A DNA stretch of 64,000 nucleotides, taken from the NCBI GenBank assembly GCA_002269645.1, contig NIVC01000337.1:124001-188000 (forward strand), read 5' to 3'. A program made the position numbers and the translations under genes. Source of the DNA: Macrostomum lignano. Lineage: Eukaryota. The notes under the pieces were generated by a model. The model searched no databases. It had not been told where the DNA came from and saw nothing but the letters and a program-made list of their open reading frames with translations. Position 1 is the first letter of the stretch. Every line of letters starts with the position of its first letter. This document shows, one piece after another, positions 22,100 to 34,790 of the stretch.

Positions 22100-23785
22100 C
22101 AAGCATCCCACTCCGTTATGGGATTCTAATCCCACTCTGTTATGGGATCCTAATCCCACTGTTATGGGATCCTAACCCCACTCTGTTATGGGGATCCTAA
22201 CCCCACTCTGTTATGGGATCCTAATCCCACCCTGTTATGGGATCCTAACCCCACTCTGTTATGGGATCCTAACCCCACTCTGTTATGGAATCCTAATCCC
22301 ACTCTGTTATGGGGATCCTAATCCCACTCTGTTATGGGATCCTAACCCCACTCTGTTATGGGATCCTAATCCCACCCTGTTATGGGATCCTAATCCCACC
22401 CTGTTATGGGATCCTAACCCCACTCTGTTATGGAATCCTAATCCCACTCTGTTATGGGGATCCTAATCCCACCCTGTTATGGGATCCTAACCCCACTCTG
22501 TTATGGGATCCTAACCCCACTCTGTTATGGAATCCTAATCCCACTCTGTTATGGGGATCCTAATCCCACTCTGTTATGGGATCCTAACCCCACTCTGTTA
22601 TGGGATCCTAATCCCATTCTGTTATGGGATCCTAATCCCACCCTGTTATGGGATCCTAATCCCACTCTGTTATGGGATCCTAATCCCACTCTGTTACATG
22701 AATCCTAATCCCACTCTGTTATGGGGATCCTAATCCCACTCTGTTATGGGATCCTAACCCCACTCTGTTATGGGATCCTAATCCCACCCTGTTATGGGAT
22801 CCTAATCCCACTCTGTTACATGAATCCTAATCCCACTCTGTTATGGGGATCCTAATCCCACTCTGTTATGGGGATCCCAATCCCACTCTGTTATGGGGAT
22901 CCTAATCCCACCCTGTTATGGGGATCCTAATCCCACCCTGTTATGGGGATCCTAATCCCACCCTGTTATGGGGATCCTAATCCCACTCTGTTATGGGGAT
23001 CCTAATCCCACCCTGTTATGGGGATCCTAATCCCACTCTGTTATGGGGATCCTAATCCCACTCTGTTATGGGGATCCTAATCCCACTCTTTTATGGGGAT
23101 TCTAATCCCACTCTGTTATAAGATCCTAATCCCACTCTGTTATGGGGATCCTAATCCCACTCTGTTATGGGGATTCTAATCCCACTCTGTTATGGGGATC
23201 CTAATCCCACCCTGTTATGGGGATCCTAATCCCACTCTTTTATGGGGATTCTAATCCCACTCTTTTATGGGGATCCTAATCCCACTCTGTTATGGGATCC
23301 TAACCCCACTCTGTTATGGGGATCCTAATCCCACTCTGTTATGGGGATCCTAACCCCACTCTGTTACATGAATCCTAATCCCACTCTGTTATATGAATCC
23401 TAATCCCACTCTGTTATGGGGATCCTAATCCCACTCTGTTATGGGGATCCTAATCCCACTCTTTTATGGGGATTCTAATCCCACTCTTTTATGGGGATTC
23501 TAATCCCACTCTGTTATGGGGATTCTAATCCCACTCTGTTATATGAATCCTAATCCCACTCTGTTATGGGGATCCTAATCCCACCCTGTTATGGGGATCC
23601 TAATCCCACTCTTTTATGGGGATTCTAATCCTACTCTTTTATGGGGATCCTAATCCCACTCTGTTATGGGGATCCTAATCCCACTCTTTTATGGGGATTC
23701 TAATCCCACTCTTTCATGGGGATCCTAATCCCACTCTGTTATGGGGATCTTAATCCCGCTATGTTATGGGATCTTAATCCCAGTA
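22100..23785. repeat. 24-25-bp minisatellite (GGGATCCTAATCCCACTCTGTTAT)n
   Basis: Direct reading; each unit contains a GGGAT..ATCCC mini-hairpin. Confidence 0.96.
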
Positions 23786-23947
23786 TTGCAGGTAAAAGTC
23801 CCATCATTATATGAAAGTTATCTTACAACTTGCGGCGTTGTCGATATGCATATTTATGCATCCAACGCACTGCTCTCCATATTGATGCCGCTTTGAGCGC
23901 CTGATACGAAATTCAACAAGCTGGACTCCGAAAACCAACGTCGTCAG

Positions 23948-25600
23948 GAGGCGGTCGACAGCCTGGTCTGCAGCCTGAGCCGCCAGGAGATGGAGCAGTT
24001 TGGCCAGCTGCTCAGCAACTGGGAATCCGGCGCCGCCTTTGCTGGCAGCGTGCGGCCTCAGCTGGAGCGGCTGTTTCCGGCTGAGCGGAGCCACCTGCTG
24101 CTGCGCCTGCGGCCGCTCGTGCCCGACAGAGACCGCCGGGCCTTCGAAGATTTCCTTCGTAATTGGGTAAGCATTTGCGCTCGTCTCGTGCTGCAGTTTC
24201 TGCACCACCGCCAGTCTCCCAGATCCTCAGTTGCTGGGCCAGCCTCCCAGATCCTCAGTTGCTGGGCCCGCCTCCCAGATCCTCAGTTGCTTTGCCAGCC
24301 TCCCAGATCCTCAGTTGCTGGGCCAGCCTCCCAGATCCTCAGTTGCTGAGCCAGCCTCCCAGAGCCTCAGTTGCTGAGCCAGCCTCCCAGATCCTCAGTT
24401 GCTGGGCCAGCCTCCCAGATCCTCAGTTGCTGGGCCAGCCTCCCAGATCCTCAGTTGCTTTGCCAGCCTCCCAGATCCTCAGTTGCTTTGCCAGCCTCCC
24501 AGATCCTCAGTTGCTGGGCCAGCCTCCCAGATCCTCAGTTGCTGGGCCAGCCTCCCAGATCCTCAGTTGCTTTGCCAGCCTCCCAGATCCTCAGTTGCTG
24601 GGCCACAGCCTCCCAGATCCTCAGTTGCTTTGCCAGCCTCCCAGATCCTCAGTTGCTGGGCCAGCCTCCCAGATCCTCAGTTGCTTTGCCAGCCTCCCAG
24701 ATCCTCAGTTGCTGGGCCAGCCTCCCAGATCCTCAGTTGCTGTGCCAGCCTCCCAGATCCTCAGTTGCTGGGCCACAGCCTCCCAGATCCTCAGTTGCTT
24801 TGCCAGCCTCCCAGATCCTCAGTTGCTGGGCCACAGCCTCCCAGATCCTCAGTTGCTTTGCCAGCCTCCCAGATCCTCAGTTGCTGGGCCACAGCCTCCC
24901 AGATCCTCAGTTGCTGGGCCAGTCTCCCAGATCCTCAGTTGCTGGGTCAGCCTCCCAGATCCTCAGTTGCTGGGCCAGCCTCCCAGATCCTCAGTTGCTG
25001 GGCCAGCCTCCCAGATCCTCAGTTGCTGGGCCAGCCTCCCAGATCCTCAGTTGCTGGGCCAGCCTCCCAGATCCTCAGTTGCTTTGCCAGCCTCCCAGAT
25101 CCTCAGTTGCTGGGCCAGCCTCCCAGATCCTCAGTTGCTGGGCCAGTCTCCCAGATCCTCAGTTGCTGAGCCACAGCCTCCCAGATCCTCAGTTGCTGAG
25201 CCAGTCTCCCAGATCCTCAGTTGCTGGGCCAGTCTCCCAGATCCTCAGTTGCTGGGCCAGCCTCCCAGATCCTCAGTTGCTGGGCCACAGCCTCCCAGAT
25301 CCTCAGTTGCTGGGCCAGCCTCCCAGATCCTCAGTTGCTGGGCCACAGCCTCCCAGATCCTCAGTTGCTGGGCCAGCCTCCCTGATCCTCAGTTGCTGGG
25401 CCACAGCCTCCCAGATCCTCAGTTGCTGGGCCAGCCTCCCAGATCCTCAGTTGCTGGGCCAGCCTCCCAGATCCTCAGGCCTGGGGATGCTGATTGGTAT
25501 TTGATCCTTGCCTTCCATCGCGCAGGCTCGGCCAGACCCGGACACTGGCCGCAGTCCGGTCGACGAACTCGCCCCAGTGGGTCACATGCACAGGCTCTGA
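23948..25600 (+). CDS. Partial CCM2 duplicate: harmonin-homology-domain exon (~23948-24166) plus terminal exon (25526-25600); short paralog, alternative 3' cassette or pseudogene
   Basis: EAVDSLVCSLSRQEMEQFGQLLSNWESGAAFAGSVRPQLERLFPAERSHLLLRLRPLVPDRDRRAFEDFLRNW|ARPDPDTGRSPVDELAPVGHMHRL* parallels the CCM2 HHD and its tail (DSGRSPVKELSPMGHAHRF*). Donor GTAAGC at 24167 and acceptor CAG at 25523-25525 are phase 0. The 5' end is unresolved (in-frame TGA at 23894; Met at 23990). Confidence 0.75.
24210..25478. repeat. 28-bp minisatellite (CCAGCCTCCCAGATCCTCAGTTGCTGGG)n in the intron of the CCM2 duplicate
   Basis: Direct reading. Confidence 0.96.
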
Positions 25601-26082
25601 CCACTGCTCGCACCCGCGTCTGTGCTACTTCCGGCCCAGGACTGACTGCTGTTCATAAGCGCCACATCCCTCTGTCTACTTCCAGTGTGCTGTCAGAAAA
25701 ATCATATCAGAGTTTTCTATTTGTGATTGTAGATTATATTTTTGGTTTAACATTTATTTTTCTACTTTCAGTAATATCTCCTGTAAGTTCAATAGTATTT
25801 GCGTTTCCTGCACGGAAATTGCTGCATTCCATTGGCCGGTTGGCTCAGCTGTTGCTATTTTTGTTTTAATTTTCCACTGGCCATGACTACAAATCGAAAT
25901 ATGCTGCTTTTAAAGCTTTTTATAAAGATGTTGGTAAATACAAAGAGGAATATTTTTTTATAAAATTATGTACTCATTTTTTCATAGATTTTCTGACACA
26001 ACATTTCAAGTTGTTTATTTTCGTCTCTTTAGCCTTAAGACATTATTTCACGGATAAATCATTTACGAGCGTATCTTAAATA

Positions 26083-26591
26083 CCACATTTTAACAATTTC
26101 TTGGACATAAGTGAAGTTTATTTAGTCTTTGGCCAGCTCAGTCCTAAAAGAGTGAGTTTGATTATGTCAGCACTCGGGCTTTACCATAGACTATAGTAAA
26201 GAAGTGAAATCGATTTAGTCAAGTGCCACATTTAAACCCTTCCATGACTTGATTTTAGTCTAAGTGAATTTCATTTAGTCATCATAGCGGCAGCTGCAGA
26301 CATATGCAGAGCCACTATCTCTGAGCAGGACCGACGAAGACTCATCGACGCCTTTGTTGGCAATGCCGATTGGCAGCAACTAGCGAGACAGCTAAACATC
26401 CCACGCCAGTCTGCCAGAAATGTTATCGTTAAATACGAGCAAAGTGGACGCGTTCAGGCCTCGAGCCAACATTTCTTTACTATAGTCTATGGTAAAGCCC
26501 GAGTGCTGCCTAAATCAAACTCACCTTTTTAGGACTGAGCTGGCCAAAGACTAAATAAACTTCACTTATGTCCAAAAAATGTTAAAATGTG
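26083..26591 (+). mobile_element. Internally deleted Tc1/mariner-like DNA transposon with ~120-bp TIRs
   Basis: 26083-26203 and 26473-26591 are near-identical inverted repeats flanked by TA (26081-82, 26592-93). Interior encodes RATISEQDRRRLIDAFVGNADWQQLARQLNIPRQSARNVIVKYEQSG, an N-terminal transposase HTH-like fragment with no in-frame ATG. Confidence 0.85.
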
Positions 26592-26634
26592 TATTACAAT
26601 TGGGGCGAACATATAAGGTACATGTATTTGGGTT

Positions 26635-29600
26635 TGTGAGATGTCTGGGATCGTGGGATATGTGGGATTGTGGGATATCTGGGATTGTGGGATATTGTAG
26701 GATATCTGGGATTGTGGGATATTGTAGGATATCTGGGATTGTGGCATATCTGGGATTGTGGGATATTGTAGGATATTTGGGATTGTGGGATATTGTAGGA
26801 TATCTGGGATTGTGGGATATTGTAGGATATCTGGGATTGTGGGATATTGTAGGATATCTGGGATTGTGGCATATCTGGGATTGTGGGATATTGTAGGATA
26901 TTTGGGATTGTGGGATATTGTAGGATATCTGGGATTGTGGGATATCTGGGATTGTGGGATATTGTAGGATATCTGGGATTGTGGGATATTGTAGGATATC
27001 TGGGATTGTGGCATATCTGGGATTGTGGGATATTGTAGGATATTTGGGATTGTGGGATATTGTAGGATATCTGGGATTGTGGGATATTGTAGGATATCTG
27101 GGATTGTGGCATATCTGGGATTGTGGGATATTGTAGGATATTTGGGATTGTGGGATATTGTAGGATATCTGGGATTGTGGGATATTGTAGGATATCTGGG
27201 ATTGTGGGATATTGTAGGATATCTGGGATTGTGGGATATTGTAGGATATCTGGGATTGTGGGATATCTGGGATTGTGGGATATTGTAGGATATTTGGGAT
27301 TGTGGGATATTGTAGGATATCTGGGATTGTGGCATATCTGGGATTGTGGGATATTGTAGGATATTTGGGATTGTGGGATATTGTAGGATATCTGGGATTG
27401 TGGGATATTGTAGAATATCTGGGATTGTGGCATATCTGGGATTGTGGGATATTGTAGGATATCTGGGATTGTGGGAAATCTGGGATTGTGGGATATTGTA
27501 GGATATCTGGGATTGTGGCATATCTGGGATTGTGGGATATTGTAGGATATCTGGGATTGTGGCATATCTGGGATTGTGGGATATTGTAGGATATCTGGGA
27601 TTGTGGCATATCTGGGATTGTGGGATATTGTAGGATATCTGGGATTGTGGGATATTGTGGGATATCTGGGATTGTGGCATATCTGGGATTGTGGGATATT
27701 GTAGGATTTTTGGGATTGTGGGATATTGTAGGATATCTGGGATTGTGGCATATTGTAGGATATCTGGGATTGTGGCATATCTGGGATTGTGGGATATTGT
27801 AGGATATTTACGATTGTGGGATATTGTAGGATATCTGGGATTGTGGGATATTGTAGGATATCTGGGATTATGGGATATTGTAGGATATCTGGGATTGTGG
27901 CATATCTGGGATTGTGGGATATTGTAGGATATCTGGGATTGTGGCATATCTGAGATTGTGGGATATTGTAGGATATCTGGGATTGTGGCATATCTGGGAT
28001 TGTGGGATATTGTAGGAAATCTGGGATTGTGGGATATTGTGGGATATCTGGGATTTTGGCATATCTGGGATTGTGGGATATTGTAGGATATCTGGGATTG
28101 TGGGATATTGTAGGATTTCTGGGATTGTGGGATATTGTAGGATATCTGGGATTGTGGCATATTGTAGGATATCTGGGATTGTGGCATATCTGGGATTGTA
28201 GGATATTGTAGGATATATTTACGATTGTGGGATATTGTAGGATATCTGGGATTGTGGGATATTGTAGGATATCTGGGATTGTGGGATATTGTAGGATATC
28301 TGGGATTGTGGCATATCTGGGATTGTGGGATATTGTAGGATATCTGGGATTGTGGCATATCTGGGATTGTGGGATATTGTAGGATATCTGGGATTGTGGG
28401 ATATCTGGGATTGTGGGAAATTGTAGGATATCTGGGATTGTGGGATATTGTAGGATATCTGGGATTGTGGGATATCTGGGATTGTGGGATATTGTAGGAT
28501 ATTTGGGATTGTGGGATATTGTAGGATATCTGGGATTGTGGGATATTGTAGGATATCTGGGATTGTGGGATATCTGGGATTGTGGGATATTGTAGGATAT
28601 CTGGGATTGTGGGATATTGTAGGATATCTGGGATTGTGGCATATCTGGGATTGTGGGATATTGTAGGATATTTGGGATTGTGGGATATCTGGGATTGTGG
28701 GATATTGTAGGATATCTGGGATTGTGGCATATCTGGGATTGTGGGATATTGTAGGATATCTGGGATTGTGGCATATCTGGGATTGTGGGATATTGTAGGA
28801 TATCTGGGATTGTGGGATATTGTGGGATATCTGGGATTGTGGGATATTGTAGGATATCTGGGATTGTGGGATATTGTAGGATATCTGGGATTGTGGGATA
28901 TTGTAGGATATCTGGAATTGTGGGATATTGTAGGATATCTGGGATTGTGGGATATTGTAGGATATCTGGGATTGTGGCATATCTGGGATTGTGGATATTG
29001 TAGGATATTTGGGATTGTGGGATATTGTAGGATATCTGGGATTGTGGCATATCTGGGATTGTGGGATATTGTAGGATATCTGGGATTGTGGGATATTGTA
29101 GGATATCTGGGATTGTGGCATATCTGGGATTGTGGGATATTGTAGGATATTTGGGATTGTGGGATATTGTAGGATATCTGGGATTGTGGCATATCTGGGA
29201 TTGTGGGATATTGTAGGATATTTGGGATTGTGGGATATTGTAGGATATCTGGGATTGTGGGATATTGTAGAATATCTGGGATTGTGGCATATCTGGGATT
29301 GTGGGATATTGTAGGATATCTGGGATTGTGGGATATTGTAGGATATCTGGGATTGTGGCATATCTGGGATTGTGGGATATTGTAGGATATTTGGGATTGT
29401 GGGATATTGTAGGATATCTGGGATTGTGGCATATCTGGGATTGTGGGATATTGTAGGATATCTGGGATTGTGGCATATCTGGGATTGTGGGATATTGTAG
29501 GATATCTGGGATTGTGGCATATCTGGGATTGTGGGATATTGTAGGATATCTGGGATTGTGGCATATCTGGGATTGTGGGATATTGTAGGATATCTGGGAT

Positions 29601-32600
29601 TGTGGGATATTGTGGGATATCTGGGATTGTGGCATATCTGGGATTGTGGGATATTGTAGGATTTCTGGGATTGTGGGATATTGTAGGATATCTGGGATTG
29701 TGGCATATTGTAGGATATCTGGGATTGTGGCATATCTGGGATTGTGGGATATTGTAGGATATTTACGATTGTGGGATATTGTAGGATATCTGGGATTGTG
29801 GGATATTGTAGGATATCTGGGATTGTGGGATATTGTAGGATATCTGGGATTGTGGCATATCTGGGATTGTGGGATATTGTAGGATATCTGGGATTGTGGC
29901 ATATCTGAGATTGTGGGATATTGTAGGATATCTGGGATTGTGGCATATCTGGGATTGTGGGATATTGTAGGAAATCTGGGATTGTGGGATATTGTGGGAT
30001 ATCTGGGATTTTGGCATATCTGGGATTGTGGGATATTGTAGGATATCTGGGATTGTGGGATATTGTAGGATATCTGGGATTGTGGGATATTGTAGGATAT
30101 CTGGGATTGTGGCATATTGTAGGATATCTGGGATTGTGGCATATCTGGGATTGTAGGATATTGTAGGATATATTTACGATTGTGGGATATTGTAGGATAT
30201 CTGGGATTGTGGGATATTGTAGGATATCTGGGATTGTGGGATATTGTAGGATATCTGGGATTGTGGCATATCTGGGATTGTGGGATATTGTAGGATATCT
30301 GGGATTGTGGCATATCTGGGATTGTGGGATATTGTAGGATATCTGGGATTGTGGGATATCTGGGATTGTGGGAAATTGTAGGATATCTGGGATTGTGGTA
30401 TATTGTAGGATATCTGGGATTGTGGGATATCTGGGATTGTGGGATATTGTAGGATATTTGGGATTGTGGGATATTGTAGGATATCTGGGATTGTGGGATA
30501 TTGTAGGATATCTGGGATTGTGGGATATCTGGGATTGTGGGATATTGTAGGATATCTGGGATTGTGGGATATTGTAGGATATCTGGGATTGTGGCATATC
30601 TGGGATTGTGGGATATTGTAGGATATTTGGGATTGTGGGATATCTGGGATTGTGGGATATTGTAGGATATCTGGGATTGTGGCATATCTGGGATTGTGGG
30701 ATATTGTAGGATATCTGGGATTGTGGCATATCTGGGATTGTGGGATATTGTAGGATATCTGGGATTGTGGGATATTGTGGGATATCTGGGATTGTGGGAT
30801 ATTGTAGGATATCTGGGATTGTGGGATATTGTAGGATATCTGGGATTGTGGGATATTGTAGGATATCTGGGATTGTGGGATATTGTAGGATATCTGGGAT
30901 TGTGGGATATTGTAGGATATCTGGGATTGTGGCATATCTGGGATTGTGGGATATTGTAGGATATTTGGGATTGTGGGATATTGTAGGATATCTGGGATTG
31001 TGGCATATCTGGGATTGTGGGATATTGTAGGATATTTGGGATTGTGGGATATTGTAGGATATCTGGGATTGTGGGATATTGTAGAATATCTGGGATTGTG
31101 GCATATCTGGGATTGTGGGATATTGTAGGATATCTGGGATTGTGGGAAATCTGGGATTGTGGGATATTGTAGGATATCTGGGATTGTGGCATATCTGGGA
31201 TTGTGGGATATTGTAGGATATCTGGGATTGTGGCATATCTGGGATTGTGGGATATTGTAGGATATCTGGGATTGTGGCATATCTGGGATTGTGGGATATT
31301 GTAGGATATCTGGGATTGTGGGATATTGTGGGATATCTGGGATTGTGGCATATCTGGGATTGTGGGATATTGTAGGATTTCTGGGATTGTGGGATATTGT
31401 AGGATATCTGGGATTGTGGCATATTGTAGGATATCTGGGATTGTGGCATATCTGGGATTGTGGGATATTGTAGGATATTTACGATTGTGGGATATTGTAG
31501 GATATCTGGGATTGTGGGATATTGTAGGATATCTGGGATTGTGGGATATTGTAGGATATCTGGGATTGTGGCATATCTGGGATTGTGGGATATTGTAGGA
31601 TATCTGGGATTGTGGCATATCTGAGATTGTGGGATATTGTAGGATATCTGGGATTGTGGCATATCTGGGATTGTGGGATATTGTAGGAAATCTGGGATTG
31701 TGGGATATTGTGGGATATCTGGGATTTTGGCATATCTGGGATTGTGGGATATTGTAGGATATCTGGGATTGTGGGATATTGTAGGATATCTGGGATTGTG
31801 GGATATTGTAGGATATCTGGGATTGTGGCATATTGTAGGATATCTGGGATTGTGGCATATCTGGGATTGTAGGATATTGTAGGATATATTTACGATTGTG
31901 GGATATTGTAGGATATCTGGGATTGTGGGATATTGTAGGATATCTGGGATTGTGGGATATTGTAGGATATCTGGGATTGTGGCATATCTGGGATTGTGGG
32001 ATATTGTAGGATATCTGGGATTGTGGCATATCTGGGATTGTGGGATATTGTAGGATATCTGGGATTGTGGGATATCTGGGATTGTGGGATATTGTAGGAT
32101 ATCTGGGATTGTGGGATATTGTAGGATATCTGGGATTGTGGGATATCTGGGATTGTGGGATATTGTAGGATATTTGGGATTGTGGGATATTGTAGGATAT
32201 CTGGGATTGTGGGATATTGTAGGATATCTGGGATTGTGGGATATCTGGGATTGTGGGATATTGTAGGATATCTGGGATTGTGGGATATTGTAGGATATCT
32301 GGGATTGTGGCATATCTGGGATTGTGGGATATTGTAGGATATTTGGGATTGTGGGATATTGTAGGATATCTGGGATTGTGGAATATTGTAGAATATCTGG
32401 GATTGTGGCATATTTGGGATTGTGGGATATTGTAGGATATCTGGGATTGTGGGATATTGTAGGATATCTGGGATTGTGGGATATTGTAGGATATCTGGGA
32501 TTGTGGGATATTGTAGGATATCTGGGATTGTGGGATATTGTAGGATATCTGGGATTGTGGGATATTGTAGGATATCTGGGATTGTGGGATATTGTAGGAT

Positions 32601-32935
32601 ATCTGGGATTGTGGCATATCTGGGATTGTGGCATATTGTAGGATATCTGGGATTGTGGCATATCTGGGCTTGTGGGATATCTGGGCTTGTGGGATATCTG
32701 GGATTGTGGGATATCTGGGATTGTTGGATATTGTGGGATATCTGGGCTTGTGGGATATCTGGGATTGTGGGATATTGTGGGATATCTGGGATTGTGGGAT
32801 ATTGCATGGAATATCTGGGCTTGTGGGATATCTGGGATTGTTGGATATTGTGGGATATCTGAGATTATGGAATATTGTGGGAGATATCTTGAATTGAGGC
32901 ATATCTGGGATAATCAGAATTCGGGATATCTAGGA
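26635..32935. repeat. 6.3-kb satellite of 27-bp (GGGATATTGTAGGATATCTGGGATTGT) and 17-bp (GGCATATCTGGGATTGT) units with higher-order repeats
   Basis: Direct reading; rare variants recur at 1955- and 1716-bp spacing. Confidence 0.98.
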
Positions 32936-33659
32936 GGGATGTGATTGGAGGGACTATAGGATCTGTATGATTTTGGGATATGACAAAGAATTCAAGTTGC
33001 TGGGGCATTCGTAAGTACATTGAATTATTTCAGTTTGCTCCCATCCAGTCTGAACAATTTGTTAACAATTAACTTAACTTGCGCCTGAAGTCGGAAGTCT
33101 CAGACCCGCTGGGGACGCTTGAATGACATTCCCCAGGCCGGGCAGAGCCCCGCAGCTTCAGGCCATCATTAGCGCGCACGCAAAGATGCGCAGCGGTCTG
33201 TCTGCTTAATTGTGTCTCCCTCCCACACACCGCGGCTTTCCTGGCTCCTCCAGGTTGGCGCACTTCAATTCATTATCAAGGCTGTCTGAGAGTTGCTTCT
33301 AAGAAGAGAAGTCTGCACGCGGGGTCCATTGTTCTCACTTCCTAGCGACAGGGAACCTAGGAGGTCCAAGTAGCCCAGATCCCTATGCCCGGTGCTCCTT
33401 GGCGCTGCTGATTTGGGCCCAGCCTATCTGCCCATGATCCCCTCCCCACACCCTCTCTCTACTGCAGCCAAGAGGAACTGAGCCTCCTGGTCCAATTAGC
33501 GGCCTCTGCGGCACGGGAAAGGCATGGAGGGAAGGTTGGAGGCCCAAGGAAAGTCAAAGTCAGAGAGTATTAAACCTGGGCACAGCCTGCAGTTCGTGTC
33601 TGCCCGCCTGTAACTCTGTCTGCCGATTGACGAAGTTTTCCGCTTGTTTTTATTCCAAG

Positions 33660-33770
33660 AATACCGCGCGAGACTCCATCTGGACAGGAAGCAGGATTCG
33701 AACCCGGGCCCAGTCATGTCAGAAAGCTGCCCGGTCTGCTGCTCCCCGCTGGGCAGGTGAGCTAAAATAA
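33660..33770 (-). mobile_element. Degenerate tRNA-like SINE head
   Basis: Minus strand has the B-box-like GGTTCGAATCC (33704-33694) preceded by TAGCTCA; no intact cloverleaf. Confidence 0.4.
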
Positions 33771-34237
33771 AGATTCTCATGGCCTAATGGCTCTGCTAAA
33801 CTCGGGCAACTAGGAGAAGACGCGGTGTTGCTGGGGGGGGGGATATCCAATGCGTTACCAGCAGACCGGCCTGTCCATGACGGAACCCTCGGGGCTTGTC
33901 CGTCTCCTGCGAAATCATCTTTCTGCTGAGAGAGAGAGGCGGGCTCGATGCCGCAGGCCCATCCGTCAGGACCTCCTGCGCTGCCACCCCCCGCCTCCCT
34001 TCAGTAGTTTTGCGATGAAGAATGATCGAGAAGCTGGAAGCGGCAGCGTTTTTTCTCTGCCCGCGGGGATTTTTAATTGCCGAACTGCGCATGAATCCCC
34101 CGCTCGTTAAATTCGGACAGCTTGGGGATTTTTTGTCTGTTCGCCTCGCTTGGCTGTCCGTTGCCTTAACCAGCTGGTGTCCGCAGGCTGGGGCACAGAA
34201 CCTCCGGCTATTGCTCGCCGTCAGCCTTGGGCAATGT

Positions 34238-34790
34238 ACCTGACACCCCAGTTTAGCTCACCTGACACCCCAGTTTGACTCACCTGACACCCCAGTTTAA
34301 CTCACCTGACACCCCAGTTTAACTCACCTGACACCCCAGTTTAACTCACCTGACACCCCAATTTAACTCACCTGACACCCCAGTTTAACTCACCTGACAC
34401 CCTCAGTTTAACTCACCTGACACTCCAGTTTAACAAACCTGACACCCCAGTTTGACTCACCCGACACCCCAGTTTAACTCACCTGACACCCCAGTTTAAC
34501 TCACCTGACACCCCAGTTTAACTCACCTGACACCCCAGTTTAACTCACCTGACACCCCAGTTTAACTCACCTGACACCCTCAGTTTAACTCACCTGACAC
34601 TCCAGTTTAACAAACCTGACACCCTCAGTTTAACTCACCTGACACCCCAGTTTAACTCACCTGACACCCCAGTTTAACTCACCTGACACCCCAGTTTAAC
34701 TCACCTGACACCCCAGTTTAACTCACCTGACACCCCAGTTTAACTCACCTGACACCCCAGTTTAACAAACCTGACACCCTCAGTTTGGCT
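34238..34790. repeat. 22-bp minisatellite (CCTGACACCCCAGTTTAACTCA)n
   Basis: Direct reading. Confidence 0.96.

Noticed and set aside
24163-25869. Overlapping 256-568-aa repeat ORFs
   Set aside because: 28-bp intronic repeat open in several frames; lies between a good donor and acceptor.
26562-32902. ORFs of 1000-2100 aa (PQSQISYNI/PRYPTISHN repeats)
   Set aside because: All three minus frames translate the same satellite unit; openness follows from stop-free units, with no unique domain or splice context.
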